Source of the DNA: Octopus vulgaris
Taxonomy: Eukaryota
NCBI GenBank assembly: GCA_951406725.2
Contig: OX597819.1
Coordinates: forward strand, 16,368,001 to 16,432,000
Reading direction: 5' to 3'
Length of the DNA: 64,000 nucleotides
The notes beneath the pieces were generated by a model. That model had not been told where the DNA came from and made no database searches. It was given only the letters and a program-made list of their open reading frames with translations. Shown here in pieces: positions 12,872 through 26,439 of the stretch. The position numbers and the translations under genes were made by a program. Each line of letters starts with the position of its first letter. The first letter of the stretch is position 1.

Positions 12872-13488
12872 GATATAATTTGCCATAATGCGGTAAAGAT
12901 CTTTTAATGTTATGTTTGCGTAATACAAAATAGGAAATGCATCCATTACGTAAACCTTTCTCAGTTAAAACATTTCAAAATATGAAGACGTTAATGAATA
13001 TATTTCAACGTGTATGTGATTAGAACAGCGAGTCGGCAACGAAGGAGGATAGATACGTATAGAGAGGTGGGGGGGAGAAAGAAGAGGGATAGAAGGAGAA
13101 GTGTGTGAGAGAAAAAAAGGGAGGGAAGAAGAGGAGGATATTGAAAGAAATGAGATTGTTTTGTTTTTCAATGCAAGTTCTAAGGAACATGGATAATGAG
13201 TAACACATGGAGGTCAAGAATTTGGAGAAGAGAAGTGGGGGGGGAGGTGAAATGAACCAGGTGTCAGTCAGGGTGTGGTTTACAGTTTTAGTAGTGAATG
13301 TAATTTATAGTAAATATCCTTGAAGATATCAGTGGTGTCAAGGTGCTTTGGATTAAATAATGATTATGATAACGCATGCACACCCCCACCACCCGTACAC
13401 AAACACAAACACACACACACACATACACACATATATACATACATACAGACTCACAAATATGTATATACAAAATTGTATAAATATGCGC

Positions 13489-13930
13489 AGGAGTGGCTGT
13501 GTGGTAAGTAGCTTGCTAATCAACCACATGGTTCCGGGTTCAGTCCCACTGCGTGGCATCTTGGGCAAGTGGCATCTTGGGCAAGTGGCATCTTGGGCAA
13601 GTGTCTTCTGCTATAGCCCCGGGCCGACCAATGCCTTGTGAGTGGATTTGGTAGACGGAAACTGAAAGAAGCCTGTCGTATATATGTATATATATATATG
13701 TGTGTTTATACGTTTGTGTGTCTGTGTTTGTCCCCCTAGCATTGCTTGACAACCGATGCTGGTGTGTTTACGTCCCCGTCACTTAGCGGTTTGGCAAAAG
13801 AGACCGATAGAATAAGTACTGGGCTTACAAAGAATAAGTCCCGGGATCGATTTGCTCGACTAAAAGCGGTGCTCCAGCATGGCCGCAGTCAAATGACTGA
13901 AACAAGTAAAAGAGTAAAAGAGTAAAAGAA
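13489..13930 (+). mobile_element. CORE-type tRNA SINE with internal (TA/TG) tract and conserved tail
   Basis: GGAGTGGCTGTGTGGTAAG...GGTTCAGTCCC...CTTGGGCAAGT core (17-mer triplicated here); tail ends (GTAAAAGA)n. Confidence 0.85.
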
Positions 13931-14229
13931 TACATAAACATAGGCACACACATACATACATACATACACATACATATATTTATATGCGTGGATACGTATA
14001 ATTCTACTCACGCACAGACGTGTACGCACATACACACGCAAACGTAGATATATACTTACAGTCTCTACATGAATGTATTTTTTGAACAGATACGGGTGCA
14101 CTCACGCACGAATAGACACTGACAGATGTGTGTGTGTGTTGGATAATAAAACAAATAGTTTACACCTAGTAGCTAACTGGTAAAGCATGATCACTTTCAC
14201 AATGATCGTTATGTATATTCCATCTTCCG

Positions 14230-14269
<40 letters not shown>

Positions 14270-14272
<3 letters not shown>

Positions 14273-14464
14273 GGTCCCGGGTTGAGTCGGGGTTAACCAA
14301 AGTAAATAAGGTACTCAATACATAGCAGAGTGAAGTAATTTATTTTATAGAAGGATATTCTACAGGACTAGAACTCTTTCATTCAGATGAAATCTTCAGG
14401 AAACCTGAAAATTTCATCTGAATGAAACAGTTCTAGTCCTGTAGAAGCTCCTTCTATAAAATAA

Positions 14465-14466
<2 letters not shown>
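14270..14466. mobile_element. (TA)n-inserted fold-back element with hammerhead-like core
   Basis: Inverted arms 14338-14400 and 14404-14466 pivot at CCTGAAGA..GAAA; same family as 38827-38962. Confidence 0.7.
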
Positions 14467-14510
<44 letters not shown>

Positions 14511-14754
14511 GAAATGTAATTATTAAAAGATTTCATTACATGACTGTTTGTTTTGACTTCATTATTACAATCCACACAACTCGATGCCTCTACAAAATGG
14601 CCGATCTAAACTCCACTTACGCAGATACTCTTACAGTGGTTTTCAGTAGTTTATTATATTTGACTCGAGTCGAAAATTCTGGTACCGAGCACTGCTCCTA
14701 AGCATTACACGAAATATATATAGTACACCTTTGATGTTTAAAATGAAGTCAAAC

Positions 14755-14808
<54 letters not shown>

Positions 14809-14878
14809 CATGCTAGCATGGAAAACGGACGCTAAATGATGATGATGATGATGATGATATATATATATATATATATTA

Positions 14879-14913
<35 letters not shown>

Positions 14914-14921
14914 GCATATAC

Positions 14922-14953
<32 letters not shown>

Positions 14954-16034
14954 GTGCATATAATATATATATATATATATATGTGCATATACATATATAT
15001 ATATATATATGTGCATATACATATATATATATATATATGTGCATATATATATATATATATATATATGCATATACATATATATATGCATATACATATGTAT
15101 ATATATATATACATATACATATACATATGTATATATATATATATACATGCATATACATATGTATATATATATATATATGCATATACATATGTATATATCT
15201 GTATGTATTATGTCTTCTTGTTTTATAGTTTAAAGTATTGGATACTCTAAGCGTACTCTAAATTAAAAAAAAACTCAATACTGATTATAATGTGAAAATG
15301 ATATTTATGATCAATGGTGAGTGTTAACTTCAAATTTTCGCTGATATTTATCATCAAAATCTCTCTCAAATCTCACTTGTCTGAAAGAATAGTAAAATGT
15401 TAACAGTCGGGACACATTTGATCATGGGTCTCGATGAGACATGAGACTAAACAGCAACAGCAATGATAACATATCTGGGTAGCAAAAAAGAAAAATGAAT
15501 GAAAATAGAAAATAAAGATTGGATTTACGCCGTAGAGGGAGATAACCCACAATTGGAAGATTTAATTCGGTTCACCACCGGTTTTGTCTCTTCGATATTG
15601 TTTGAAAATTTTACATATTGATATTTCATATTGGGACAAGACCAACTATATATAAGGAAAAAACAATGGCTGATTTAGCAGGCACTGGTATTATTTGATC
15701 AACGTGCGCGGTCATTTTGGAATTTAAAGTGTCCTAACTAAACACTGTATGATATTTAAACTGATTTTTATAGTCTCTTCTATTTTATAGTCTACTGAAA
15801 ATCTAAACTTTGCAAAAGGCATGAAGACCAAATTTCCTACCCTGCATCATGCACCCTGCACGAACATATCTATGAATTAACTATAATTTGAAAAGCTTTA
15901 AAGCACCATTTTTTCATTTAAAGAAGAATATTTTTTTTTTCTTTTTCCTCAAGCAGAATCTAACAGCGGAACCGGAAGTAGATATTTAGTGTTAACTGAC
16001 TCCACGTTGCTTACTCTCTATGACTTTCTTGCAG

Positions 16035-16265
16035 ACCATCGCAGTTGTTTAGAAGAGAGAGACGCTGCTATTAAAATCAACCGTGAGGAACCGAATGGTC
16101 AGACGTTTACTCCAGAATGTACCCCAAACGGTAACTACAAAAAGACCCAGTGTTATAATAATCTGTGTTGGTGTGTGGAAGAAAACACGGGGAAATCCAT
16201 ACATGCCACAGCATCCTTTAACAAGTCTGTCAACTGTGATATGAAACCAGATCGGGAAATGAAAG
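16035..16265 (+). CDS. SMOC: SMOC-like gene, internal exon encoding a thyroglobulin type-1 domain
   Basis: ttgcag| acceptor and G|gtaaac donor, phase 1-1. Encodes HRSCLEER...PECTPNGNYKKTQCYNNLCWCVEENTGKSI...VNCDMKPDREMK with the TY1 QC/CWCV motif. Confidence 0.92.
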
Positions 16266-16625
16266 GTAAACAAAAGTTCTACCCTCATCTTCATCCCCGT
16301 CTTCATTGTCGATGTTTTCATTATGTTTTTGGTATTTACTTCTTATTGTTTCCGTTATTGTATTTTCTAAATATTGCGATATTTTTGTTGTTGTTGTTAT
16401 TATGGCTTTTGTTAATGTGAAGATAATGGCGTCGCTGAGGTGGCTGTTGACATTTTTGTTGCTGTTGTTGTTATTTATCAGATTTGGTAGTACTTTTCAA
16501 GTGGTTGTTGCTGTTCCATTTGGTGCACTTTCATGTGGAGATATGCGCGCGCGCTGTGTATATTATACATACATACATATATATATATATGTATGTATGT
16601 ATATATGTATATATATATGTATGTG

Positions 16626-16714
<89 letters not shown>

Positions 16715-16719
16715 ATATG

Positions 16720-16760
<41 letters not shown>

Positions 16761-16947
16761 ATACATATGCATATATATATACTTATATGTTTTTATGTTT
16801 ATATATACATATATATATGTATATATATATATACATACATATGCATATATATATATACATATATGTTTTTATGTTTCATATATACATATATATATGTATA
16901 TGTATATATATATATACATATACATATATATATATACATATATATAC

Positions 16948-17002
<55 letters not shown>

Positions 17003-17320
17003 CATACGCATGCGTAGGCGTGTATTTGTTAATTTTTTTCGTGTTCCCCTCTACTTGAGAGAACTGTCGTCATTGACAGATGAGAAGTTAAGTAATCGCG
17101 AGTTGGGATGTTTTTTAAGGAATTTGGTTAGAATATGATACTTCGTGTCGTCAAACTTGTTACATCTGTAAACCCTGGCGTTCGCATTCCGTTTTTTTTT
17201 TTTTTGAACCGAGAGAACCCGACCTACCGATTCAGTGCCGCCGGTCCTGCACGCTAAAACATGCACAAACACACAAACACAAATATTCTGGACACAGTAC
17301 TCCATACAAAGCGGTCGTTT

Positions 17321-17375
<55 letters not shown>

Positions 17376-17841
17376 GTGTGTTTGAAAGATTATTAGATGA
17401 TAAGGACCATAATTTTTGACAAAATGTTATGTATGAAACACGTCTGTATTTCCAATCCTTCCTTATGTTCAAATTAGATGATATTGCTTTGTTAATAAGA
17501 AAATAATGGTAATCCTGTACATTTGCTGTGAGGAATTATTTACCAGAAAACTTTCCAGAACGGTGACTCCGGAGACGTAGTTCGGTTAGGTAACACGAAT
17601 CTAAGACCCAGTAACAAATGTCTCTTGAATTTTCTTGAATCAGTCATCTGAAGTGATCTGATCCTTCTATATGGTTCGATCCAAGACCGTCGATGCACTA
17701 AAGGAGGCGAGCATATCCACTAGTAAAGTAGTACATATACCAAAAAGAAGGATTCAAAGCACGAGTGTTCATCGGAGTGAAGTAATCTTAACTGTCGAAG
17801 GCCAACTGGGAACATTTGTAAATCGTAGCATTTAAATAATC

Positions 17842-18243
17842 GTGGCTGTGTGGTAAGTAGCTTGCTAACCAACCACATTGTTCCGGGTTCAGTCCCACTG
17901 CGTGGCATCTTGGGCAAGTGTCTTCTGCTATAGCCCCGGGCCGACCAATGCCTTGTGAGTGGATTTGGTAGACGGAAACTGAAAGAAGCTTGTCGTATAT
18001 ATGTATATATATATAAGTGTGTGTGTATACGTTTGTGTGTATATGTTTGTTCCCCTAGCATTGCTTGACAACCGATGCTGGTGTGTTTACGTCCCCGTCA
18101 CTTAGCGGTTCGGCAAAAGAGACCGATAGAATAAGTACTGGGCTTACAAAGAATAAGTCCCGGGGTCGACTTGCTCGACTAAAGGCGGTGCTCCAGCATG
18201 GCCGCAGTCAAATGACTGAAACATGTAAAAGAGTAAAGAGTAT
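17842..18243 (+). mobile_element. CORE-type tRNA SINE (SMOC intron)
   Basis: Near-identical to 13489-13930. Confidence 0.85.
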
Positions 18244-18479
18244 TTAGGTCTCAATGGTTTTAGAACTTTGCGTCTCTCTGTGTATATGCCGATGCATACA
18301 GTTAAGAAATTATATAGTTGTGTATGTATGTGTATGTGTATGCATATGTGCAGGTGTGTATATGTTTGTGTGTATGTATCTATGTGTCTCATCTAGTTTT
18401 TAATCTTCCATTGAGGAGGGAGCCGGTTTCCAACAAAGATACAAGGCTCCATCTTTGGGATGTAATTAACACAGACAAA

Positions 18480-18955
18480 TTCACTTTTGGAACTTGAGGA
18501 AAGTTTTGCATATTTTTACTGTTCCACTCACAGATTGCACTTGTAATGTACGAATTGGCCGGTCGATTTCTCTTTCTGAAAATCCCAGTTTATCCAGATT
18601 CTTCTTTAAGAATCTACTAACAAAACTTTGTGATCCAATTATTATTGGTATGAATATGAATTCATAGACTGGATATAGAAGCTGGAGGTTTCGAAGCAGT
18701 TCTCCATAGATATCCTCTTTCTCTTTGACTTTCAAAGAGATATTTATCTCTGCGGGGCAGCTGATGGTACATACCTTTTCCCCTCTGCCCCAAACAACAA
18801 TATCTGGCCTGTTATGCTTACATTTGACAGAAGTTTTTATGGGAATATTCCAGCAGTATTCCTTGAGTTGGTGTTAATGAATGCGTTCCATAACAGAGGG
18901 ATTTTCTAAGTTTATTTCAGGACAGTCTTTTTTGTGGATGGCATTGTAAATGCGC
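18480..18955 (-). mobile_element. RLE-type LINE 3' fragment
   Basis: EYCWNIPIKTSVKCKHNRPDIVVW..KVKEKEDIYGELLRNLQLLYP..PIIIGS..GTVKICKTF. Confidence 0.8.
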
Positions 18956-18992
18956 GCGCGTCTTCTCTTCTTTGGATTTTTCCTTTTCCTAT

Positions 18993-19027
18993 GTTTCTGA
19001 CGAAGAGCTCCGCTCGAAACGCTAAAC
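18993..19027 (+). ncRNA. Minimal hammerhead motif, cleavage-site U mutated
   Basis: GTTT-CTGACGA-A-GAGC-TCC-GCTC-GAAA-CG-CT-AAAC. Stems I and II are perfect, but the NUH triplet reads GCU. Confidence 0.6.
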
Positions 19028-19140
19028 CCTCCTTCTTGCCTTCTTTCCTGAGCATCCAATAATACTATACTTGTTCCACGTCCTCGCGTTGTTGTGTTTT
19101 CTCTTTGTGTTTTCATGTTTGGATTACCTATATATATATA

Positions 19141-19171
<31 letters not shown>

Positions 19172-19172
19172 G

Positions 19173-19236
<64 letters not shown>

Positions 19237-19784
19237 CAACATCGTGCCGCGAAGGGAGGTCGTACCGTGGTTACATTTTAGGACAGCTGCTAATCTCATG
19301 CGTGATGTCTTGTCTCTGTCTGTATGTATGCATGGAAGTATGTATGTATGTATGTATGTATGTGGAGGTGCATGGCTTTGTAATTAGGCTATTCGGCTCT
19401 CAATCGTTAGGTCGTGAGTTCAATACTCGGCGCCGCCTTGTGTCCTTAAGCAAGAAACTTTATTTCAGTGCTCCATTCTACTCAGCTGGCATGAATGAGT
19501 TGTACCTGTAATTCAAAGGGGCCAGCCTTGCCACATTCTGTGTCACACACGGGCATCCTGCCGAACGATCCCGGGGACATCCACCTACCGACTGCAAGCC
19601 CTCAATATAGTCTTGACCCCCTTGGGGTGCGACGGTTTTTTTTGAAACTACGTTGAATGTACGCGTATCTGTGGGGTGCTCAACAAATGCACGTTCATGA
19701 GCAGACTGTTTTTTTTATGTATGTATGTATGTTTGCTCGACTTCTTCGACCTTCACTTACTATAATACTTTTCTCTGAATGTAG

Positions 19785-19878
19785 GCTGTCCGCGATCGCA
19801 GAAAAGAAGATTCTTGGTTGATTTGATGGGTGAAATGCGATCTGAAATGAAAGCGGAGTCGAACAATACCGACCATGG
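19785..19878 (+). CDS. SMOC: SMOC-like gene, exon starting the EC domain (missing from the ORF track)
   Basis: ttctctgaatgtag| acceptor and GG|gtgagt donor. Joins the previous exon in frame as GCPRSQKRRFLVDLMGEMRSEMKAESNNTDH, matching the SMOC GCxxxKKxxFL pattern. Confidence 0.88.
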
Positions 19879-20116
19879 GTGAGTATTATTAGCAGAGATC
19901 CATGCATTTATCTATGGATATTTGACACAATGTAGGTACGCTTGTGTGCATATATATATACATACATATAAATGTGTGTGTGTGTATACATATAGTGAGA
20001 ATTTATATATATATATATATATATATATAGTGAGAATTTACAAAAAATACAAAAGCCGAAGACGGGTGTGTAAACAACAACCATGTATTAGTTTAACGCT
20101 CGGGAAGTGAGAAAGT

Positions 20117-20152
20117 CTTTTAGGTTTCGAGCCAACGCTCTTCGACAGAAAG
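20117..20152 (-). ncRNA. Minimal hammerhead-like motif (CUGU core variant)
   Basis: Minus strand: CTTT-CTGTCGA-A-GAGC-GTTG-GCTC-GAAA-CC-TA-AAAG; same family as the 12759 copy. Confidence 0.55.
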
Positions 20153-20536
20153 GAATACAGAAATAAACAAGGAGAGAAAATAAAAACGGTTTAGTGGCTA
20201 GCGATCTATCATGGCGACTGCCGGACAGAGGGGTCACACAGGGGAACTAGGAAGGAGGGGAGATAAACAAAGGGAAAGGGGAAGAAAGGGAGAAGAGAAG
20301 ACAAAAGGGCGGGAGAGAGAGGCAAGGTAACAATTGCGGATTGAGAGAAACGACAGTTGGAAAAAGCAGAAAGTACAAAAAAGTTTGGAAAAGTTCAAAA
20401 AGTTTAAACGTCGTGGTGTATTGGAGTGATTTCTCGTCAAAGGAAGAGTCCAGTGTAATCCATGGGTAGGAGAGTAGAAAGTCCAGGCAGAGAATCCAGT
20501 TAGAATAGTCCAAGTAAAGTTCGAAGTGTTATGAGG

Positions 20537-20589
<53 letters not shown>

Positions 20590-21398
20590 TATCGGTAATT
20601 CAAATTTCATATACTTATACTAAATACTTAACAAGCAGTAAATATAACCGTTTTCTCTTTTGAACGGGCTTTGTGTAGAGCAGCTTCCGGTTTTGCATTC
20701 TGGGACAAAAATGTGATGAATACAACTACTTGCGTTAGTTATTTACCCTTGTAGGTTGGAAAGAATGAAAGAAAGTAAAAGTATATGAAAGCAAAAAAAT
20801 AATAACTAAAAAAAAATAAAATATAAAAAAATTGAAAAATATATATAAAAAAACTGTGATGAATAAAGAGTTGAGAAGATTACAATGAAATCGGAGAAGT
20901 CAATCAATAAATAAATGTAAAAGTTAATGATTTCACGGAGGGCTTCCGTCGACCAATGTTGACCAAGCATCTCCTCCTCATGTCCGTGCAGGCCTGAGTA
21001 AGATCTTAATCTATGCAGATCTCCCCACAACATGCCACCAATGATTTATCTGAAAGGAAGGCTGCTGGTTTATGTCGATACAGCTTGGTTTCAGTGTCAT
21101 AGCAGAAGACAATTTGTCCGATCCTATAACACTTCTCTAAAATCCACTGCCCTGGATTAGTACATTTTTTTCACCGTGGAATGGATGAAAGGTAAAGTCG
21201 ACCTTCGTAGGATTTGAACTCAGAACACAGAGTGTCAAAACAAATACCGGATTCTATTCATCACGGTGTATTCTATCTAACCAGAAAGTAACGTCTTTAT
21301 TGATAAGTATAACCGTAGTAGAGGTCGTGAAGTTATAAAATACAGAGATGAAGCGTTAAGTTAGAAACGGTCTATTTAATCCGGTAACTTTATAAGCT

Positions 21399-21620
21399 TT
21401 AATATTTTAGAAGGTACTTTTCAAAGTGGTGACATTTGATAAATATCTCAGTCTTGTATTCGAGTAATATATGGAATTGTTTATGTTTTTCACAGAAATA
21501 TCCCAGTTTACTAGTGTTTATATGAGTTATGCCCTTTACATCATCTTTAGCCCAACATAGAAAACTGGAAGTTTCTTCATACACAATATCTGAACGAAAA
21601 TAAACACCAACGAGAAAACC
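21399..21620 (-). mobile_element. Penelope-like GIY-YIG C-terminal fragment (degenerate)
   Basis: NTSKLGYFCEK...LLEYKTEIFIKCHHFEKYLL resembles the CxLC..EK..LLN.R.E....CRH..K C-terminus. Confidence 0.5.
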
Positions 21621-22919
21621 TTTGTTTTTATTATCTGATGATTGTTTGGGTTTTAGCAGAAACATAAATTTACTGTTTAACATTTTATCTATAACGAGCT
21701 ATATGATATTACATACATACATAAATATGTATACATACATACGTGTCTTTGTGAGAGTAATTATATAATATATAGATATACAATACATACATACACATAT
21801 ATTTTTATATATATACATGCACATGTATATGTGTGTATGTATGTATGTTTATGTGTGCGAATGTGTTTGTGTGTCTCGGTATGTGTGTGTAAATTTATTT
21901 ACCTCCAGTTGGGAAGTATTATTTCTAAGAGTTTCAAGTGGGTAATCACAGCTAAGTTGAACCAATGAGGCAATAAATCACTCATGATGTTGTTGTTGCT
22001 ACTGTTGGTGGTGGTGGTGGGTTTCTAGCGATATAAATAGTGTGGTAGCATTGCTGGAAGTGGCAGCGGGGTATGTTGTAGTGACTGCGATGGTGGTGGT
22101 GGTGGCGGTGGTGGTGGTGGTGGTGGAGGCGGTGGTGGTGGTGGTGGTGGAGGTGGTGGTGGCGGTGGGGATAGCAGTAGGCGATATGTGGCTATTGAGT
22201 GCATTGTAGTTAAATGTGGTGATAGTGTAGCGGAGGTTCAGTGGTGTGTCTGAGTTAGGGGTAATTGTAGCACTGAATTGGGTGTGGATAATCTTGGAGA
22301 ATTATTATGAAAAGTATGAGTTCTTTAGAGAAAATATTTCCTAAATCATTGTATCCTGTTTCTGTTGACATCTGGTGTACACACACGCACACACACGCGC
22401 GCGCACGCGCACACACACTTACACACACACACATTCACACACGCATAAGCATGTATCTTCCTTTTTTACTTTGTACTTGTTTCAGTCATTGGACTGCAGC
22501 CATGCTGGATAACTGTGTTGAATGGTTTAGTCGAACAAATCGACTCCAGCACCTTTTCTTTTTCTTGTTAAGCTTGTTACTTATTCTATCGGTTTACTTT
22601 ACCGAACCACTAAGTTGCAGGGACGTAAACAAACCTACACCTGTTTTCAAGCGATGGTGGGGACAAACCCAAACACACACATACACACACACACACACAC
22701 ACACATTGGTGACATCGAAAGTTTGCAAATTGTTATGAAATCAACAACATACAGTTTTCGCTCATAAAAATAAAGTTTCTAAATGGAGAGAAAGATTTCA
22801 AGGATTGCTTTGGTACAAAGGTAGAACGTCTGTCATGTCTACAGGAAATGTGGGTTCGAGTTTCATGAGCAGCTTTCGACTTTTTCCGTCGAGATCCAGT
22901 CTCAAAGAAAATATGTATA

Positions 22920-22927
22920 TTTATACA

Positions 22928-22962
<35 letters not shown>

Positions 22963-23413
22963 GTATGTATATATATATATATGTATGTATATATATATAT
23001 ATGTATGTATATATATATATATGTATGTATATATATATATATGTATGTATATATATATATATGTATGTATATATATATATATGTATGTATATATATATGT
23101 ATGTATGTATATATATATATATGTATGTATATATATATATATGTATGTATATATATATATGAATATATATGTATGTATATATATATATGTATATATATGT
23201 ATATATATATATATGTATATATATGTATGTATATATATATGTATGTATATATATATATATGTATATATATATGTATGTATATATATATATGTATGTATAT
23301 ATATATATATGTATGTATATATATATATATGTATGTATATGTATATGTATGTATATATGTATGTATGTATGTATATATATATATGTATATATATGTATGT
23401 ATATATATATATG

Positions 23414-23451
<38 letters not shown>

Positions 23452-23617
23452 TATGTATATATATGTATGTATATATATATATGTATATATATGTATATAT
23501 ATATATATATGTATATATATGTATGTATATATATATGTATGTATATATATATATATGTATATATATATGTATGTATATATGTATATATATATGTATGTAT
23601 ATATATATATATGTATA

Positions 23618-23657
<40 letters not shown>

Positions 23658-23702
23658 CACACATAAGTGTATATGTGTAATTTTATACACAATGCATATA
23701 TT

Positions 23703-23760
<58 letters not shown>
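22920..23760. repeat. Compound (TA)n/(TATG)n microsatellite
   Basis: About 840 bp made almost entirely of TA/TATG units, with a 20-bp higher-order period in part. Confidence 0.95.
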
Positions 23761-23761
<1 letters not shown>

Positions 23762-24079
23762 GAGAGAGAGATAGATAGCTCTATATGCTAGAGAAAGCAC
23801 GTGATCCAGTGGTTAGGATGCTGACTCACGATCGCTAAAAACGGATTCGATTCCCGGAACAGGCAGTGCGCTGTGTTTTCTCACTTCACTTTGCTCTGCG
23901 ACCACTTCGACATTTGAACCTGCAGCACACAGGGGTACCTCTCCATGCATTGTCGATTTGATGGCGGCAGTGTGTTAATGTACAGCACAAACATTTGATC
24001 GCTATAAACACCGCATCTGTGGAGGCCGTTCGGCAGGAAATCGCGGAGCGCATCCATCGCCTAACGACAGGACTCTCTA

Positions 24080-24190
<111 letters not shown>

Positions 24191-24737
24191 TAATCCAAAC
24201 AAGAAAGCACAAAAAAAGAACACAACAACGCGAGGACGTGGAACAAATATAGTAAGAGAGAGAGAGGGGGGAGCTAGCTATGTTATATTCCGTTAAGAAC
24301 GTAGTAGAGTACAGTATAAAACCCATCCACCTTCAGATATCACCCGCTGCTATCACCGGTATTATTATACCTACCGCCAGATTTGCGTTTGTGCTTCTGT
24401 AGTGTGTGAATAGATAATTGAATTAGTTGGAGTCAACAAGAAGGAGTACGGTTGGACATTTATTTGCAATCACTACAATTGTTTCCACGCGATGTAGTTC
24501 TCTAGGCTTGCAGTCATTTGGTCATGTAACCGTTTCTCTGTATTAAGAGATTTAGTTATGTTTCCTCGGGCGATATGTAAATATTATCTCGGTAAACTCA
24601 AATTCTCGTCTTCAATCGCATCCTATCTGTCTGTCGTGGCCTGCGAGTTAGTAGTAGCCACTGAGTGGCTACTATGTGTATGTGTGTGTGTGTGTTATAA
24701 TCTCTATGTCATCAAGCTTACTTTGTTCAACTTGCAG

Positions 24738-24828
24738 TCATACGGCGCCGGAAATAACACTGACCACTGTAAAGCCTGACAATGTGGTCAAATGGAAAAT
24801 GAATCAGCTGGACAGGAACCAAAATGGA
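24738..24828 (+). CDS. SMOC: SMOC-like gene, exon with the start of EF-hand 1
   Basis: cttgcag| acceptor and GGA|gtaagt donor, phase 2-0. Encodes HTAPEITLTTVKPDNVVKWKMNQLDRNQNG (WxFxxLDxNxNG-type motif). Confidence 0.9.
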
Positions 24829-25254
24829 GTAAGTCACTCGTTCTTTCTTTCTCTCTCACTCTTACTCTCCCCCGCACACTCTGTATACTTTATGCAAATG
24901 AGGACTAGCGGCGTCGTTGATATTATTTGTGGAGAGAGGAAACACTCACCACTCTCATGGCTTCTTAACACTGAAGAAGCAGCGCCTCAAGATTACCGGA
25001 AAGCTCGGCCGAATGCTTGCAACAGTGTACTGAACGAAGGGCCTTGGCTATTACGTGATGCTGTTAAACGGGGCCTTCGATTAATTCTCTCGTTCAAGAA
25101 CAGAAATGGTCACTGATAATCTTTACAGTTAATTTCAACGCCGTTTCGTTCTCAAAGATGGTATCATGGTAGATGACATTCGTACAAAGTGCCGTGAAGT
25201 GAGATCGAGCTCTGGAATGTATTGCTGCGATCCCAAGTCTTTAATTATTCTGTC

Positions 25255-25634
25255 GTGGAGACGCAATGGCCCAGTGGTTAGGGCAGCGGACTCGCGGTCG
25301 TAGGATCGCGCTTTCGATTCCCAGACCGGGCGTTGTGAGTGTTTATTGAGCGAAAACACCTAAAGCTCCACGAGGCTCCAACGGGGGATGGTGGCGAACC
25401 CTGCTGTACTCTTTCACCACAACTTTCTCTCACTCTTTCTTCCTGTTTCTGTTGTGCCTGTATTTCAAAGGGCCAGCCTTGTCACACTCTGTGTCATGCT
25501 GAATATCCCCGAGAACTACGTTAAGGGTACAGGTGTCTGTGGAGTGCTCAGCCACTTGCACGTTAAGTTCACGAGCAGGCTGTTCCATTGATCGGATGAA
25601 ATGGAACCCTCGTCGTCGTAAGCGACGGAGTGCC
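25255..25634 (+). mobile_element. Full-length tRNA-derived SINE (same family as 6936-7321)
   Basis: Collinear with the reverse complement of 6936-7321. Confidence 0.88.
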
Positions 25635-26439
25635 AAAAAGAGAAAAGAAAAAAAATGATTCTGTCTTTCCTTACACACACACACACTCTCTCTCTCTCTC
25701 TCTCTCTCTCTTCCCCCTCTTTCTCTCTCTCTTCCTCTCTTCTCATCTCTCACTTTCTTTCGCCTTCGTTATTACTGTTTTTTACTTTGTTCTCGATATT
25801 TCACAATATATTTTCTCTTGACAAGTTTCGAACTTCTATGTAATCCCCGTATCCATCAAGGTTTATCTTTTAAATAAACCATGCAGGGAGAAATCAGCTC
25901 CTAAGAATTTTTCAGGCTCACCTAGACAGGCGCAGTTCCTGGGGTTGATATCAAGGCTTACTGTCTGTGAGTCAAGGTCTCCCAGAAAGGTGAGATTAAT
26001 ACAGTTGATGCCATGACTGAACGCCTGGCTCTACTAACGGACCCAGGGAGTACCTGAGAGTGATAAATAAGATGTAACTTAGGTCTGTCATTCACTAAGT
26101 GCTTCTAATGTAGCCTTGCTTTTTACTGATTCGTTCATCACTGACCCAAGATAACACGGTACGATCTATTTTGAATCTTGTTACGCTTAACACAGATTCA
26201 CCAGTTTTAATAGGGGTTGGTGATCGGTCAAAACATTCTATTTGTACCGCAAAACATGCCCCAAGCACCATCAACAATACTCAACTATCCAGAATGCCCT
26301 TACTATCGCTTATGTTTACATGACTGTGCAAGTCTGTGCTTTTTTAAATACGGATTTACGTATTTGAATCCATCAGAATGGGATCAGTGAACAGACAAAA
26401 TACAAAGGTGTCTGACCCTAACAAACGACGTTAAAGAGT

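Noticed and set aside
20755-20770. Alternative SMOC exon after the CCCTTGTAG acceptor
   Set aside because: In the phase following the TY exon it reaches a stop within four codons; the 19785 exon fits the family motif instead.
22733-23778. Long YI/IY/MYVC-rich ORFs here and throughout the window
   Set aside because: Translations of TA, TATG, CA, GATA and TAA microsatellites.
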